Part shown: in pieces, positions 8,074 to 16,765 of the stretch | Numbering within the stretch: the first letter of the stretch is position 1 | Layout: each line of letters starts with the position of its first letter | IMG/VR virus record: IMGVR_UViG_3300035698_012408 | Length of the DNA: 64,000 nt | Source: a virus | Strand: one strand, 5' to 3' | Position numbers and translations under genes: made by a program | Notes under the pieces: generated by a model | What the model saw: only the letters and a program-made list of their open reading frames with translations | Databases searched by the model: none | What the model was told of the DNA's origin: nothing

Positions 8074-9924
8074 CTATCGAAGCCCTAAGACAGATCCTGC
8101 TACGCCTCGCATGAATCCACCCCAGATGCCAAGGTCTTGAAGTTTCGTCTGGCCGGCTGGCGTAAGCCCGCCCAATGCCCCAAGCACTCCACCAGCTATC
8201 CGCGCGGTGGCGAGATCCAGGCCGGCGTTAGCCAGCCCGGAGATAAAGTGCGTGGGTCGTAATATTGGAGCTCCACCATACATCTGCTGGACTCCAGTAA
8301 CAAGCCCTGACGCCGCAGCCGCAATGTACGGCGGCGTGTTGGGCGTCCCCATGCCGTACGGGTTCGCAGTTGAACTCTGCCGCCCGTTATGCACATCATT
8401 CCAAATCGCTCGATTGAACGAGTCTACCGGTACCTGTTTCAACGACACCCCTGCCGACCCACCATAGCCGGAGTAGGCCACCTTGCAAAATCCTTCAGCT
8501 GCTCGCATGAACAGCTCAGACGGCTGAGGCAACGCTGCCTTCGTCGCCTGCCAATCGCTCCCTTTGTAGAAATTATCCCGAAGCGTCAACTCATTCGGCG
8601 ACATCGGGACTTTCGCGTGTGGCGTCATCATCGTACCCATGAAACCCATCGGCTTCCCAGCCTCTCGGGCCATCCCAGCGTTTGCAAACGCTGGCGGGAC
8701 GCTGGACAACGCACCCATCCCTCCACCTAACATGGCCAACGTCCGACGAAGTCTGTTACGCCGAACGTACTTCTCGGGCAGCAGGTGCTCCAGCAGCGTT
8801 CCGCCGAGGTACCCTCCGCCCGCCCCGAGCAAGCCACCGACTATCGAATTGGTCAATGGCGAAGGCCCGCCTGTGGCGGCCCCAGCCCACTCATACGGCT
8901 TGTTCAAGATGCTCAATGCACCAGCCGCCGATTTGATCAACACCCAGTCATCCTGCCCGTGTGGGCCGTACTCCGACTCGGTTCTGACGCTATCCACGCC
9001 ACTGATGGCCTTCAACGCGTTAGCCCACTTCTGATGGACGTTGTCGCTGTCGCCATCCGACAAGATAGCCCAGAGCTGCTTTGTCTCGGGATTCCACCAC
9101 ACGTCACCATAACCGGGGTCAGATGATGCGGGCAGATACCTGATGACCTTCTTGACCGTCTTCTGGACCGTGGCCGCCTCTTTGTAGCGAGTAGCCACGA
9201 GCGCCGGGACAGCCATCCAGGCCTCCAGTTCTCCCTGCTTTTCGATACGTTGGATGGTCTCGTCTTGCACTTTCGACCATGCCTTCCTGGCGTCTACGCC
9301 GCGATCGTCAATGTAAATATCGGCAATCAGCTTATCGCTGGTGCCATCCGGCTGATCCGGGTTCTCGTTCACATAGTCCCACGGAATGTCGTGTTCGTCA
9401 AGATAGGTCTTCGTGAGTTCGTCATCTCCCCGCACCGTGTTAATGATAACACGCCAGCCGCGACCTTTGAACTCATCCAGAGCTTTTTTAGCCCCTGGAC
9501 GTGGCTTAGGGATGTCTTCGGGATCAAACTTATCATACATCTCTGCAATGGTCCCGTCCAGATCTACTGCCACGGTCGGGACCTTTTCACCGGCTTCTGC
9601 CTGCTTTATTGTATCATCCAGGCCAGCACTTCCATCCCATAGGCCGCGGAAGGCCGCCTGCCCAGCAATCCGCTGCGGAAGTCCTCCATCTGTAGATCGT
9701 AGGCCCGCCAGTGCTTTGCTACTGCTCTGCGTTGTTGCTGTGCGACCCACAACGCTCGACGCCTTTCTGCGCCCCGCGTTGCCTGCCGTTCTCGCTTCTG
9801 CCGTTTTTGCTGGCGTCGCGAGCAGCGTTCCGATTTGCCTTTGGACTTTCCCCGTTTGGTGACCCGTTCCTTTGGCTCGTCGCATCTCATGCGTCGTCTG
9901 TCTCCTATGTGTTGTGGCCATCAT
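8074..9924 (-). CDS. HAD-superfamily phosphatase domain (NT5C/deoxyribonucleotidase-like) fused to a large Gly-rich membrane-associated C-terminal region
   Basis: HAD motif I VAVDLDGTI, motif II IINTVR, motif IV IYIDDRG. The C-terminus has glycine-zipper-like helices (GGLLGAGGGYLGG, GGVLGALGG). Start ATG 9924 after GGGAG. Confidence 0.55.
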   Translation of the reverse strand: MMATTHRRQTTHEMRRAKGTGHQTGKVQRQIGTLLATPAKTAEARTAGNAGRRKASSVVGRTATTQSSSKALAGLRSTDGGLPQRIAGQAAFRGLWDGSAGLDDTIKQAEAGEKVPTVAVDLDGTIAEMYDKFDPEDIPKPRPGAKKALDEFKGRGWRVIINTVRGDDELTKTYLDEHDIPWDYVNENPDQPDGTSDKLIADIYIDDRGVDARKAWSKVQDETIQRIEKQGELEAWMAVPALVATRYKEAATVQKTVKKVIRYLPASSDPGYGDVWWNPETKQLWAILSDGDSDNVHQKWANALKAISGVDSVRTESEYGPHGQDDWVLIKSAAGALSILNKPYEWAGAATGGPSPLTNSIVGGLLGAGGGYLGGTLLEHLLPEKYVRRNRLRRTLAMLGGGMGALSSVPPAFANAGMAREAGKPMGFMGTMMTPHAKVPMSPNELTLRDNFYKGSDWQATKAALPQPSELFMRAAEGFCKVAYSGYGGSAGVSLKQVPVDSFNRAIWNDVHNGRQSSTANPYGMGTPNTPPYIAAAASGLVTGVQQMYGGAPILRPTHFISGLANAGLDLATARIAGGVLGALGGLTPAGQTKLQDLGIWGGFMRGVAGSVLGLR

Positions 9925-9943
9925 AAATCTCCCGTCCCTGGAG

Positions 9944-10672
9944 TTATTCGTCGAAATAGCACTCAAGGTCGGTGCCGGTAAACTCTTGCTTCAGTTCCGT
10001 GTAATTCTCAATCTGCGATGATAAGGATCTAATCCCTACCTTCACTGTATTGGTTGTAGGCGCCGGGCACAATGCCGGATCTACATCAAGATGCTCGTAG
10101 ATGCGACGCATATACCGCAGCGGGGCTGCACACAGCGACTCGTACGTCAAAACGAAAGAATCCGTATAAGCTAGGCCCGTGGTGGACTGGAGCTGACGAA
10201 TGGCGTCAATATCCTGACGCAACGCAGCAGAGTCCACAACCAGCCGCTGATTCCGAATACGCTCAGCTTTACGCCGCCACCCCGCCTGATGCCGTCGAAT
10301 CTGCCATTTCCTGTGATGATCACCCAATTGATGAGACACGAACCGCCGCAGCAGGTTCCACCGCTGAAGCACGATAACCTTCGTGTCTTGAGGTAACAGC
10401 TTAAACAGATCATTGTACTCACGTGGGTTAGTCCAATGAGGCTGCACCCCTTGCCAGCCGTGAAACATGTGCGCGACCGCCCCGGAGCCCTGTGTCGCCA
10501 ACGTCCGCTGAATGCGGGCACTCGTACTCATTCGCGGTCGACCCGCTTTCGCTCCAGGATTAAACACCTCGCCATCACACGCCAAGTCGGGATGAGAGTT
10601 GATCAAGCCGCGGAGCATGTGCGTGCCGCACCGTGGAAAGGTCAAGACTAAAAATCCCTTTGGTTTTGCCAT
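9944..10672 (-). CDS. sulfotransferase-family protein (paralog 1 of 4)
   Basis: 5'-PSB-like FPRCGTHMLRGLINSHP and 3'-PB-like RWNLLRRFVSHQL. C-terminus YFDE. Confidence 0.6.
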   Translation of the reverse strand: MAKPKGFLVLTFPRCGTHMLRGLINSHPDLACDGEVFNPGAKAGRPRMSTSARIQRTLATQGSGAVAHMFHGWQGVQPHWTNPREYNDLFKLLPQDTKVIVLQRWNLLRRFVSHQLGDHHRKWQIRRHQAGWRRKAERIRNQRLVVDSAALRQDIDAIRQLQSTTGLAYTDSFVLTYESLCAAPLRYMRRIYEHLDVDPALCPAPTTNTVKVGIRSLSSQIENYTELKQEFTGTDLECYFDE

Positions 10673-10688
10673 CTATTCAGTTCTCCGA

Positions 10689-11417
10689 CTATTCATTGAA
10701 ATAACACGCGATGTCAGTGTCTGCAAAACGCCTTTTCAATGACTCGTAATTGATTATCATGTCACGTAACGACCTACCCATATGCAGCGGTAGCGTCTCG
10801 GCTTCAATATTCTCGCAAGCATCCGGGTCCGCCCCGAGGTGCTCGTAAATGCGACGCATGTGAAACTCGGTGTGTAGACACAGCTGCTCATACGACACCC
10901 TGTAAGTATTTAGAAACTGGCAACCCCGCGTGGCTAGTATCACCCGAGCGGTGTGTATATCGCCTCGCAACCGCGCGGGGTCTAGCATCACACGTGCATC
11001 TCTTGCTTGCGTTACTAGAACCTGTGCATCACGCTTACTTCGCGTGACGTTCCATACGCTCTTCCTCGCCAACCGCCCCGACGCATACCGTCGCAATAGA
11101 TTCCACCGCTGAATGCACACGACTTTCGTGTCCAATGGTACTTGCTTGAACAAGTCGGCAAACCTAGTTCGTCGCCCTTTCGGCCAGCCGGTACAAGCAT
11201 GAGCTATCATACCAGTAAGCGGCCCCTGCCAATATTCATTTAGGCGAGCCTGCACGCCCCCTGATTCCTTGAACCTGCTAGGATCAAATACCTCATCATG
11301 ACACGTAATGGCTGGGTGTGCATTGAGCAGCGACCGTAAAAAATGACTGCCACTTCTCGGATACGAGAGTAACAGAAATCCTTGCTTACCTTCAGGGAAC
11401 ACCAAACGATCACTCAT
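10689..11417 (-). CDS. sulfotransferase-family protein (paralog 2 of 4)
   Basis: YPRSGSHFLRSLLNAHP and RWNLLRRYASGRL. The start ATG 11417 overlaps the upstream stop as ATGAGTGA. Confidence 0.6.
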   Translation of the reverse strand: MSDRLVFPEGKQGFLLLSYPRSGSHFLRSLLNAHPAITCHDEVFDPSRFKESGGVQARLNEYWQGPLTGMIAHACTGWPKGRRTRFADLFKQVPLDTKVVCIQRWNLLRRYASGRLARKSVWNVTRSKRDAQVLVTQARDARVMLDPARLRGDIHTARVILATRGCQFLNTYRVSYEQLCLHTEFHMRRIYEHLGADPDACENIEAETLPLHMGRSLRDMIINYESLKRRFADTDIACYFNE

Positions 11418-12159
11418 CAAAATAACACGCAAGGTCAGTGCCCGCAAAATGCTTCTTCACCTTTCCATAATTGGTCACTATCTCCCGGATCGGCCGATCC
11501 GCGTTAAGCACCATCGTCTTGGCCTTCACGTGCTTGCACGCATCCGGGTCAGCCCCGAGGTGCTCGTAAATCCGCCGAATATGTTCTTCAGTATTAGCTC
11601 GCAGCTGCTCGTACGTTACCAGATGAGTATTCACGAATTGCAGCCCGAGCGTGGCCAATATTGCTCTGGTGACATCTACATCCAGTCGCAACTTCACCAC
11701 GTCCACACGGATTGTCTGGGTTCTCGCAGCCTCCGCACGGGCTTCAGCGTTGTCCGAACCAGTCATCACCGTCCACTCGTTACTCGCCTGCGCCAGTAAA
11801 TGCGATACGTGCCGTCGAAACAGGTTCCACCGCTGGATGCACACGATCTTCGTGTCCAGCGGCAGCGTCGGGAATAATCCGGCGAAACCACTCTTTGCCC
11901 GCCACACGCAGTCACGCTCCCCACGCCAACCAATATACGCGTGGGCAATCATGCCCGTGAGCGGCCCTTTCCAATACTGGATCAGTCGCTGCTCTACATG
12001 CCCCGGTTCCGGGTAAAGTTCACGGTTAAATATCTCGCCGTGACACTTGATGTCCGGGTGCTCGTTGAGAAGCGATCGCAGGAAATGACTACCACTTCTC
12101 GGATACGAAAGTAGCAGAAATCCTTGCTTGTCTTTGGGAAATGCTAACCGATTACTCAT
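11410..12159 (-). CDS. sulfotransferase-family protein (paralog 3 of 4)
   Basis: YPRSGSHFLRSLLNEHP and RWNLFRRHVSHLL. The start overlaps the upstream stop as ATGAGTAA. Confidence 0.6.
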   Translation of the reverse strand: MSNRLAFPKDKQGFLLLSYPRSGSHFLRSLLNEHPDIKCHGEIFNRELYPEPGHVEQRLIQYWKGPLTGMIAHAYIGWRGERDCVWRAKSGFAGLFPTLPLDTKIVCIQRWNLFRRHVSHLLAQASNEWTVMTGSDNAEARAEAARTQTIRVDVVKLRLDVDVTRAILATLGLQFVNTHLVTYEQLRANTEEHIRRIYEHLGADPDACKHVKAKTMVLNADRPIREIVTNYGKVKKHFAGTDLACYFDE

Positions 12160-12901
12160 CGAAATATGGCTCCATGTCTGTACCCATGCACTGGGCTTTC
12201 AGCTCTTCGTAATTTGTTACCTGTTGACTAATCGGCACCCGGGCAAACCGCACTGACGTGGTCGTAGGATTTAACTGCTTACCAGGATCTACGCCAAGGA
12301 ACTTGTAAATATCCCACATGACCCGCTTGGGCGTGCTGCAAAGCTGCTCATAGGTAATGTGTATAGCATTTTGAAACCGTAGCCCGATCGTGGACTGTGC
12401 GGCTCTGGCCATGTCCACGCTGGTACGCAGAGCACCAAGCGGAATATTTACCGTAGTCCTGTCGTACTCATCCCGCCGAAACTTCCCTGGTGCGTTAGTC
12501 CTTGCCTCCCACGCCCTGCACTTCAATGCCATGCGGTCAGACACGTAGCGTCGCAACAGATTCCAGCGATGCAGCACCACGCAAACCTGCTCAGGCCTAA
12601 AGCTAACCAGCGGCTCGGCCTTCAACATATCGGCCACGCCCGTCTCTATCCACGCCGTCTTGTCAAGCGTGTACTGGCACGTCATGTGATGCGTGTAACC
12701 AACGTGCTTCCCAGCACTGTAATGCTCCAAGACGTTCGCCACCGTGTGAGGCTGTTTCACCTTTTTTGTGTAATGCGACAGCACATTGAACAGCTCGCCG
12801 TGACAGTGCAAGTCTGGATGCGAGTTAATGTAATCGCACATCAGATGCGTCCCAGAACGTGGGAGCGACAACAGCACAAATCCTCGTTTAGACCCTGCCA
12901 T
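12152..12901 (-). CDS. sulfotransferase-family protein (paralog 4 of 4, most divergent)
   Basis: LPRSGTHLMCDYINSHP and RWNLLRRYVSDRM. ATG 12901 overlaps the GT stop (TAATG). Confidence 0.55.
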   Translation of the reverse strand: MAGSKRGFVLLSLPRSGTHLMCDYINSHPDLHCHGELFNVLSHYTKKVKQPHTVANVLEHYSAGKHVGYTHHMTCQYTLDKTAWIETGVADMLKAEPLVSFRPEQVCVVLHRWNLLRRYVSDRMALKCRAWEARTNAPGKFRRDEYDRTTVNIPLGALRTSVDMARAAQSTIGLRFQNAIHITYEQLCSTPKRVMWDIYKFLGVDPGKQLNPTTTSVRFARVPISQQVTNYEELKAQCMGTDMEPYFDE

Positions 12902-13833
12902 TACAAATACTTCTCCAATAACTGCGCCCACTTCTTATGGAACGTCGCCAACCCGAATCGTTCACGTGCGATTTCGACATTTGGCGGTGAGCCTGCCAAT
13001 GCCTTCTTAACAAATCCTGCCAATACGTTCGCGGAAACTACTGCTCCGCGTTTCGGTGGAATCCTTGTCACCATGTCAGCGAACTCTTTGCAGCTGGCAC
13101 GTGCGGAAACCACCACCCGCTTACCCATGCACGCAGCTTCGAGCACACAGTATGGGAATGCTTCATTATGTGACGGCACGCACAACACATCAGTTGCACG
13201 ATAGACGTCGCCCGGCGTATCAGTGTACCCTTGCAACGTCGTCCACCGATTATTCAACCGCCGGGAGCCTGCGACACCCTGACCAGACAGCAGTGCCGGC
13301 TCCTGCAACTTCCGGGCAGCCTTGGCCACCGCAACGGCATTCTTCAGCCCCGAGTTTCTACCAACAAACCCCAACAGGAACTGCTCCCCGTACTTCTCGC
13401 GTAGGTCCTCGCCGACGCGGTCCAACCGCTCACAATCAACACCGTTCGTGATCGTCAACGGCTCTCGGCCGAGAGTCTTCCTCATGTTCCCCGCTACGGG
13501 TGACGAAACAGCGACCAACACGTCGGCGGCCTTCATAGCATCCACCCAGCCAGCGTGCCACTTGTTACGGTGATGCCGCACGCAGATCTGCACGCCGCCA
13601 ACCCGTTTGGTCACGCCGCCACTGGAATCGATGATCACCTTCGCGTCAGTGATAACACCTTGCTGCCACTCCAGCCCTGCCGCTGTAAGCCGCGCAAGTG
13701 CCGCGGGTAGAATCATCGGACCCTGAACACGGACACGCATACCGATAGACTGCAAGTAAGGGGCTAGGCTTAACACCCATGTGAGTCCCCCGCCGCAGTC
13801 CAATTTCTTGAATGCAAATGCTATATCGATCAC
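12901..13833 (-). CDS. GT-B glycosyltransferase (GT4/GT1-like), paralog 1
   Basis: C-terminal motif HNEAFPYCVLEAACMGKRVVVS (E-x7-E type). The N-terminus is homologous to the next gene. GTG 13833 overlaps the upstream TGA (GTGA). Confidence 0.6.
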   Translation of the reverse strand: MIDIAFAFKKLDCGGGLTWVLSLAPYLQSIGMRVRVQGPMILPAALARLTAAGLEWQQGVITDAKVIIDSSGGVTKRVGGVQICVRHHRNKWHAGWVDAMKAADVLVAVSSPVAGNMRKTLGREPLTITNGVDCERLDRVGEDLREKYGEQFLLGFVGRNSGLKNAVAVAKAARKLQEPALLSGQGVAGSRRLNNRWTTLQGYTDTPGDVYRATDVLCVPSHNEAFPYCVLEAACMGKRVVVSARASCKEFADMVTRIPPKRGAVVSANVLAGFVKKALAGSPPNVEIARERFGLATFHKKWAQLLEKYL

Positions 13834-14768
13834 AGATACTTCTCCAATAACTGCATCCACTTTTTGTAGAATAATGGCAGCCCGAAACGCTCTCGGGCTA
13901 CCGCAACGTCGGGAGGCGGGCCTGCCAATGCCTTCTTCACATGTGCTACTATTGCCTCTGCCGTCGGAGTAGTCCTGGCATGCTGCACTTCGATTCGCGT
14001 AACCATATCAGCGTACTCTTCGCAATGTGCGCGAGCTGATACCACCACACGTTTACCGAGACACAGAGCTTCTACCACCGAGAATGGGAAGGCTTCGTGC
14101 TTGGATGGCACGCACATGACGTCAGCGGCTCGATAGACATCGCCTATCGTGGTCGTGTAACCAATCAACTGCGTGTAGTCGTTCTTCAGTCGACTATCCC
14201 CAGCAATGTTACCGCCCGCAAAGATAGCATGGCGATTGAATAGCTTGGCCGCCTTGGCTATCTGTGCTGCGTTCTTCAACTGAGAGTTACGACCGACGAA
14301 CCCCATCAGAAACTCACGACCGAACTTTTTACGCAGGTCCACACCAACCTTGTCCAGACGGTCAATGTCCACGCCGTTGTTGATGACCACGGGCATTCGC
14401 CCAGTGTATCGACGGGTGTTATGAGCCACCGGGATAGACACGGCGACGATTTCATCCGCTTTCTTCGTAGCCTTCACCCAACCACTCAGCCACGTCCGCC
14501 GGCTATGCCGCACGGCGATGACAGGGCCATCATGCTCCCGTGCTACCTTGCAGCCACTGGAGTCGATCACGATGCGGGTATCCTTGATGACACCGATCTC
14601 GAACGGGATGCCCGCTGCTGTCAACGTGGCTATCGCCGTTGGAAACAGCTTCGGTCCCTGGACACGGACGGTCACGCCCTGTGACTGAAGATAAGAGGCG
14701 AGCGAGATTACCCAGGTAAGCCCACCGCCATTATTTAATCCGCGGAACGCGAACGTGATGTCGGTCAT
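13830..14768 (-). CDS. GT-B glycosyltransferase (GT4/GT1-like), paralog 2
   Basis: KHEAFPFSVVEALCLGKRVVVS. It ends LLEKYL like its paralog and has an ATGA overlap with the upstream gene. Confidence 0.6.
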   Translation of the reverse strand: MTDITFAFRGLNNGGGLTWVISLASYLQSQGVTVRVQGPKLFPTAIATLTAAGIPFEIGVIKDTRIVIDSSGCKVAREHDGPVIAVRHSRRTWLSGWVKATKKADEIVAVSIPVAHNTRRYTGRMPVVINNGVDIDRLDKVGVDLRKKFGREFLMGFVGRNSQLKNAAQIAKAAKLFNRHAIFAGGNIAGDSRLKNDYTQLIGYTTTIGDVYRAADVMCVPSKHEAFPFSVVEALCLGKRVVVSARAHCEEYADMVTRIEVQHARTTPTAEAIVAHVKKALAGPPPDVAVARERFGLPLFYKKWMQLLEKYL

Positions 14769-15319
14769 GCCTTCTCCAGATAGAAGATCGTTTCCTTCCG
14801 ATACGTATCCTCGTGGTGGATATGCCCTTTGAGCATCTCACGCAGATCCGCTTCGCATAACCGAATGTTTGGAATGATGTGGCCTTCCCAGTTATCGTCC
14901 CTGACGTTCGTGTCCGTCTCGGCCATTCGCAAGAACAACACCAACGTCATCCGTTTCGTGTAGGACTTGAGAGCGTTTTCGAGAATCTTCCGCCAGTTGA
15001 CGTTATGTTCCAACACGTGACGCATGTTGAGGCAGGGCACGCGGGAGGTGTAGACTTCGAGATCCTTCAGGTAATCACAGAATCCCGCAGTGCCATCAAC
15101 GCCGATATATTCCGGCCGATCGGCTGGGGGCACCATGTTGTGCAGCACCTTCTCGAAGTCGCGGCAACCGCAGCCCCAGTCTTCAATCATGCCGTTGCCT
15201 TCCAGCCACGCGACAGATCGCCGATAGGAAGTTTTGCGTCCGTAGTCCCGCCGATGCGCTCCGTCTTTATAACACGGCGACCACTTACCGGCTCCACTTT
15301 CTTCTCTTGACTTCCCCAC
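14765..15319 (-). CDS. class I SAM-dependent methyltransferase
   Basis: Motif I IEDWGCGCRDF, motif II YIGVDG, then MRHVLEHN. GTG start 7 nt after AAGGAG. Confidence 0.55.
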   Translation of the reverse strand: MGKSREESGAGKWSPCYKDGAHRRDYGRKTSYRRSVAWLEGNGMIEDWGCGCRDFEKVLHNMVPPADRPEYIGVDGTAGFCDYLKDLEVYTSRVPCLNMRHVLEHNVNWRKILENALKSYTKRMTLVLFLRMAETDTNVRDDNWEGHIIPNIRLCEADLREMLKGHIHHEDTYRKETIFYLEKA

Positions 15320-15329
15320 GCTACTCTCC

Positions 15330-16760
15330 TTAAATAATTCGACTTAGTAATTGTGCCACAGGCGATGCCTGCTTTACGAGAAATCCATCCGTGCCAGCCC
15401 CGACACGTGTCCCACCACTCCGCCCATTGTCTCCTGGGACATGAAGCCCATCCTGCCCGGCGGTTCCCGATCTGGAGCTCGCCCCACCACTTGGTCGTGA
15501 TCCTCCCGGAAACTCCGTGGTGCCAGCTCTCTTGGTGGTGGCATTAGGCCCTGCGGCAGGTCCTGCACCTCGTCCATGATCGGCGTGTTCGAGGTCACTC
15601 CGCGAATCCGATCGGCTGCACGTGACAGACCATGTGGCTGTCTTGGTTCGGGCAACGGCTCCAGCATTGCTGGCCGCGTGTGCAACTGCGGCGGTTCGTG
15701 AGACCGTGGCGGCTCCTGCTGGTACAGCGAATGGAACGACTGGAACGCGTGCTCCTGCGGCTCCACCGGCAGATCCCGACTTAGTTGCTCCACCTGCCGC
15801 CCGTCCTCCGTCATTATCCAAGACACTCCGATGAACCTCGGGTCGCTGTACATGTGCTTCCGTTGCGGTCGCGAGACGATCCACAGCGGACCCCCGGGCG
15901 GAGGTGGCGGGGTCCACAGTTGCGGCAGCGACAACACCCGGGACGGCGGCTCCACCAGCTTTGCTAGTGGCGGAGGTAACGGCTTCTCCGGTGGCAGCTT
16001 GATCAGACCCAAATCCCCCGACTTTATAACGCGGATCACGATATGATCGCCAGTCTCGGATCGCATCGAGGACTTGATTTCCTGTCTGAGCCTTCGACGC
16101 ATCCCCCGACTGGCTATCGGCTGCGTAACTGGTTGATTCACTTGCGTTTGTGTCATAGAAACTGCTCCCGCTCTTCCCAAAAACTGGTATGTTTTCGTGA
16201 ATTGGATCGGTACTTAGAAACCGTCCAGGGTTATGAATCAGGCTGCCCTTTTTGACATTGCCAGCCTGAAGGACTCGCTTCTTGCGAATCGCGAAGGTGC
16301 TATGGAACTTGAACTCGCCGTTCTTCGGCAGGCCGCTCAGTCCATAACTTTTACGTAGCTTCTCCAGCTCGGGGCTGTGGATTTCGATCATCCAACACTT
16401 GGAGACGTCATCCCAGCCGTGAGGTGATACTGCCCGCACTGGGCCCAACGTGTAACCGAAGGACTTACCACGTTCTGTTATCTTATCACCTCCACCGATT
16501 TCGTCAATCTCTTCTTTCCGCATTACCGAGACATGAGCCCTATAATTCCCAGAATCTTGCTTGGGTACCTCGGTCCCTGGCTCATTCAACGCTTGGAACG
16601 CACCATGCCCTAAGGCGTTCGGTACGTCCATCAGGAGCCACCCGGAGGCAGATAGGTAGAGTTTGCCCTGGAGCGAGTACGAAAGCTCAGGGGCAGCCGC
16701 AGCCATCTTGCGACCGCCCCGAGCTTCGCAACCTTGGCGGGTTGTATCAGTCATTGACAT
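15330..16760 (-). CDS. 2H phosphoesterase (LigT/cyclic phosphodiesterase/Acb1-like fold) N-terminal domain; 3' extent doubtful
   Basis: Two H-x-[ST]-x motifs (AHVSV and FHSTF) lie about 80 aa apart. The second sits in the LigT-like context ELEKLRKSYGL....FKFHSTFAI. There is no in-frame stop until 15330, but everything after about 16230 overlaps another plausible gene. Confidence 0.5.
   Translation of the reverse strand: MSMTDTTRQGCEARGGRKMAAAAPELSYSLQGKLYLSASGWLLMDVPNALGHGAFQALNEPGTEVPKQDSGNYRAHVSVMRKEEIDEIGGGDKITERGKSFGYTLGPVRAVSPHGWDDVSKCWMIEIHSPELEKLRKSYGLSGLPKNGEFKFHSTFAIRKKRVLQAGNVKKGSLIHNPGRFLSTDPIHENIPVFGKSGSSFYDTNASESTSYAADSQSGDASKAQTGNQVLDAIRDWRSYRDPRYKVGGFGSDQAATGEAVTSATSKAGGAAVPGVVAAATVDPATSARGSAVDRLATATEAHVQRPEVHRSVLDNDGGRAAGGATKSGSAGGAAGARVPVVPFAVPAGAATVSRTAAVAHAASNAGAVARTKTATWSVTCSRSDSRSDLEHADHGRGAGPAAGPNATTKRAGTTEFPGGSRPSGGASSRSGTAGQDGLHVPGDNGRSGGTRVGAGTDGFLVKQASPVAQLLSRII
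15374..16156 (-). CDS. hypothetical Pro-rich protein (alternative frame inside the 15330..16865 ORF)
   Basis: ATG 16156 lies 52 nt downstream of an exact 14-mer copy. Its composition is more protein-like than the Ala/Gly/Ser-rich tail of the overlapping frame. Its stop leaves a normal 54-nt leader before the next gene. Confidence 0.4.
   Translation of the reverse strand: MTQTQVNQPVTQPIASRGMRRRLRQEIKSSMRSETGDHIVIRVIKSGDLGLIKLPPEKPLPPPLAKLVEPPSRVLSLPQLWTPPPPPGGPLWIVSRPQRKHMYSDPRFIGVSWIMTEDGRQVEQLSRDLPVEPQEHAFQSFHSLYQQEPPRSHEPPQLHTRPAMLEPLPEPRQPHGLSRAADRIRGVTSNTPIMDEVQDLPQGLMPPPRELAPRSFREDHDQVVGRAPDREPPGRMGFMSQETMGGVVGHVSGLARMDFS
16209..16222. promoter_or_regulatory. copy 2 of the 14-nt motif
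   Basis: Exact GGTTTCTAAGTACC on the minus strand. Confidence 0.6.
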
Positions 16761-16765
16761 ACCTG

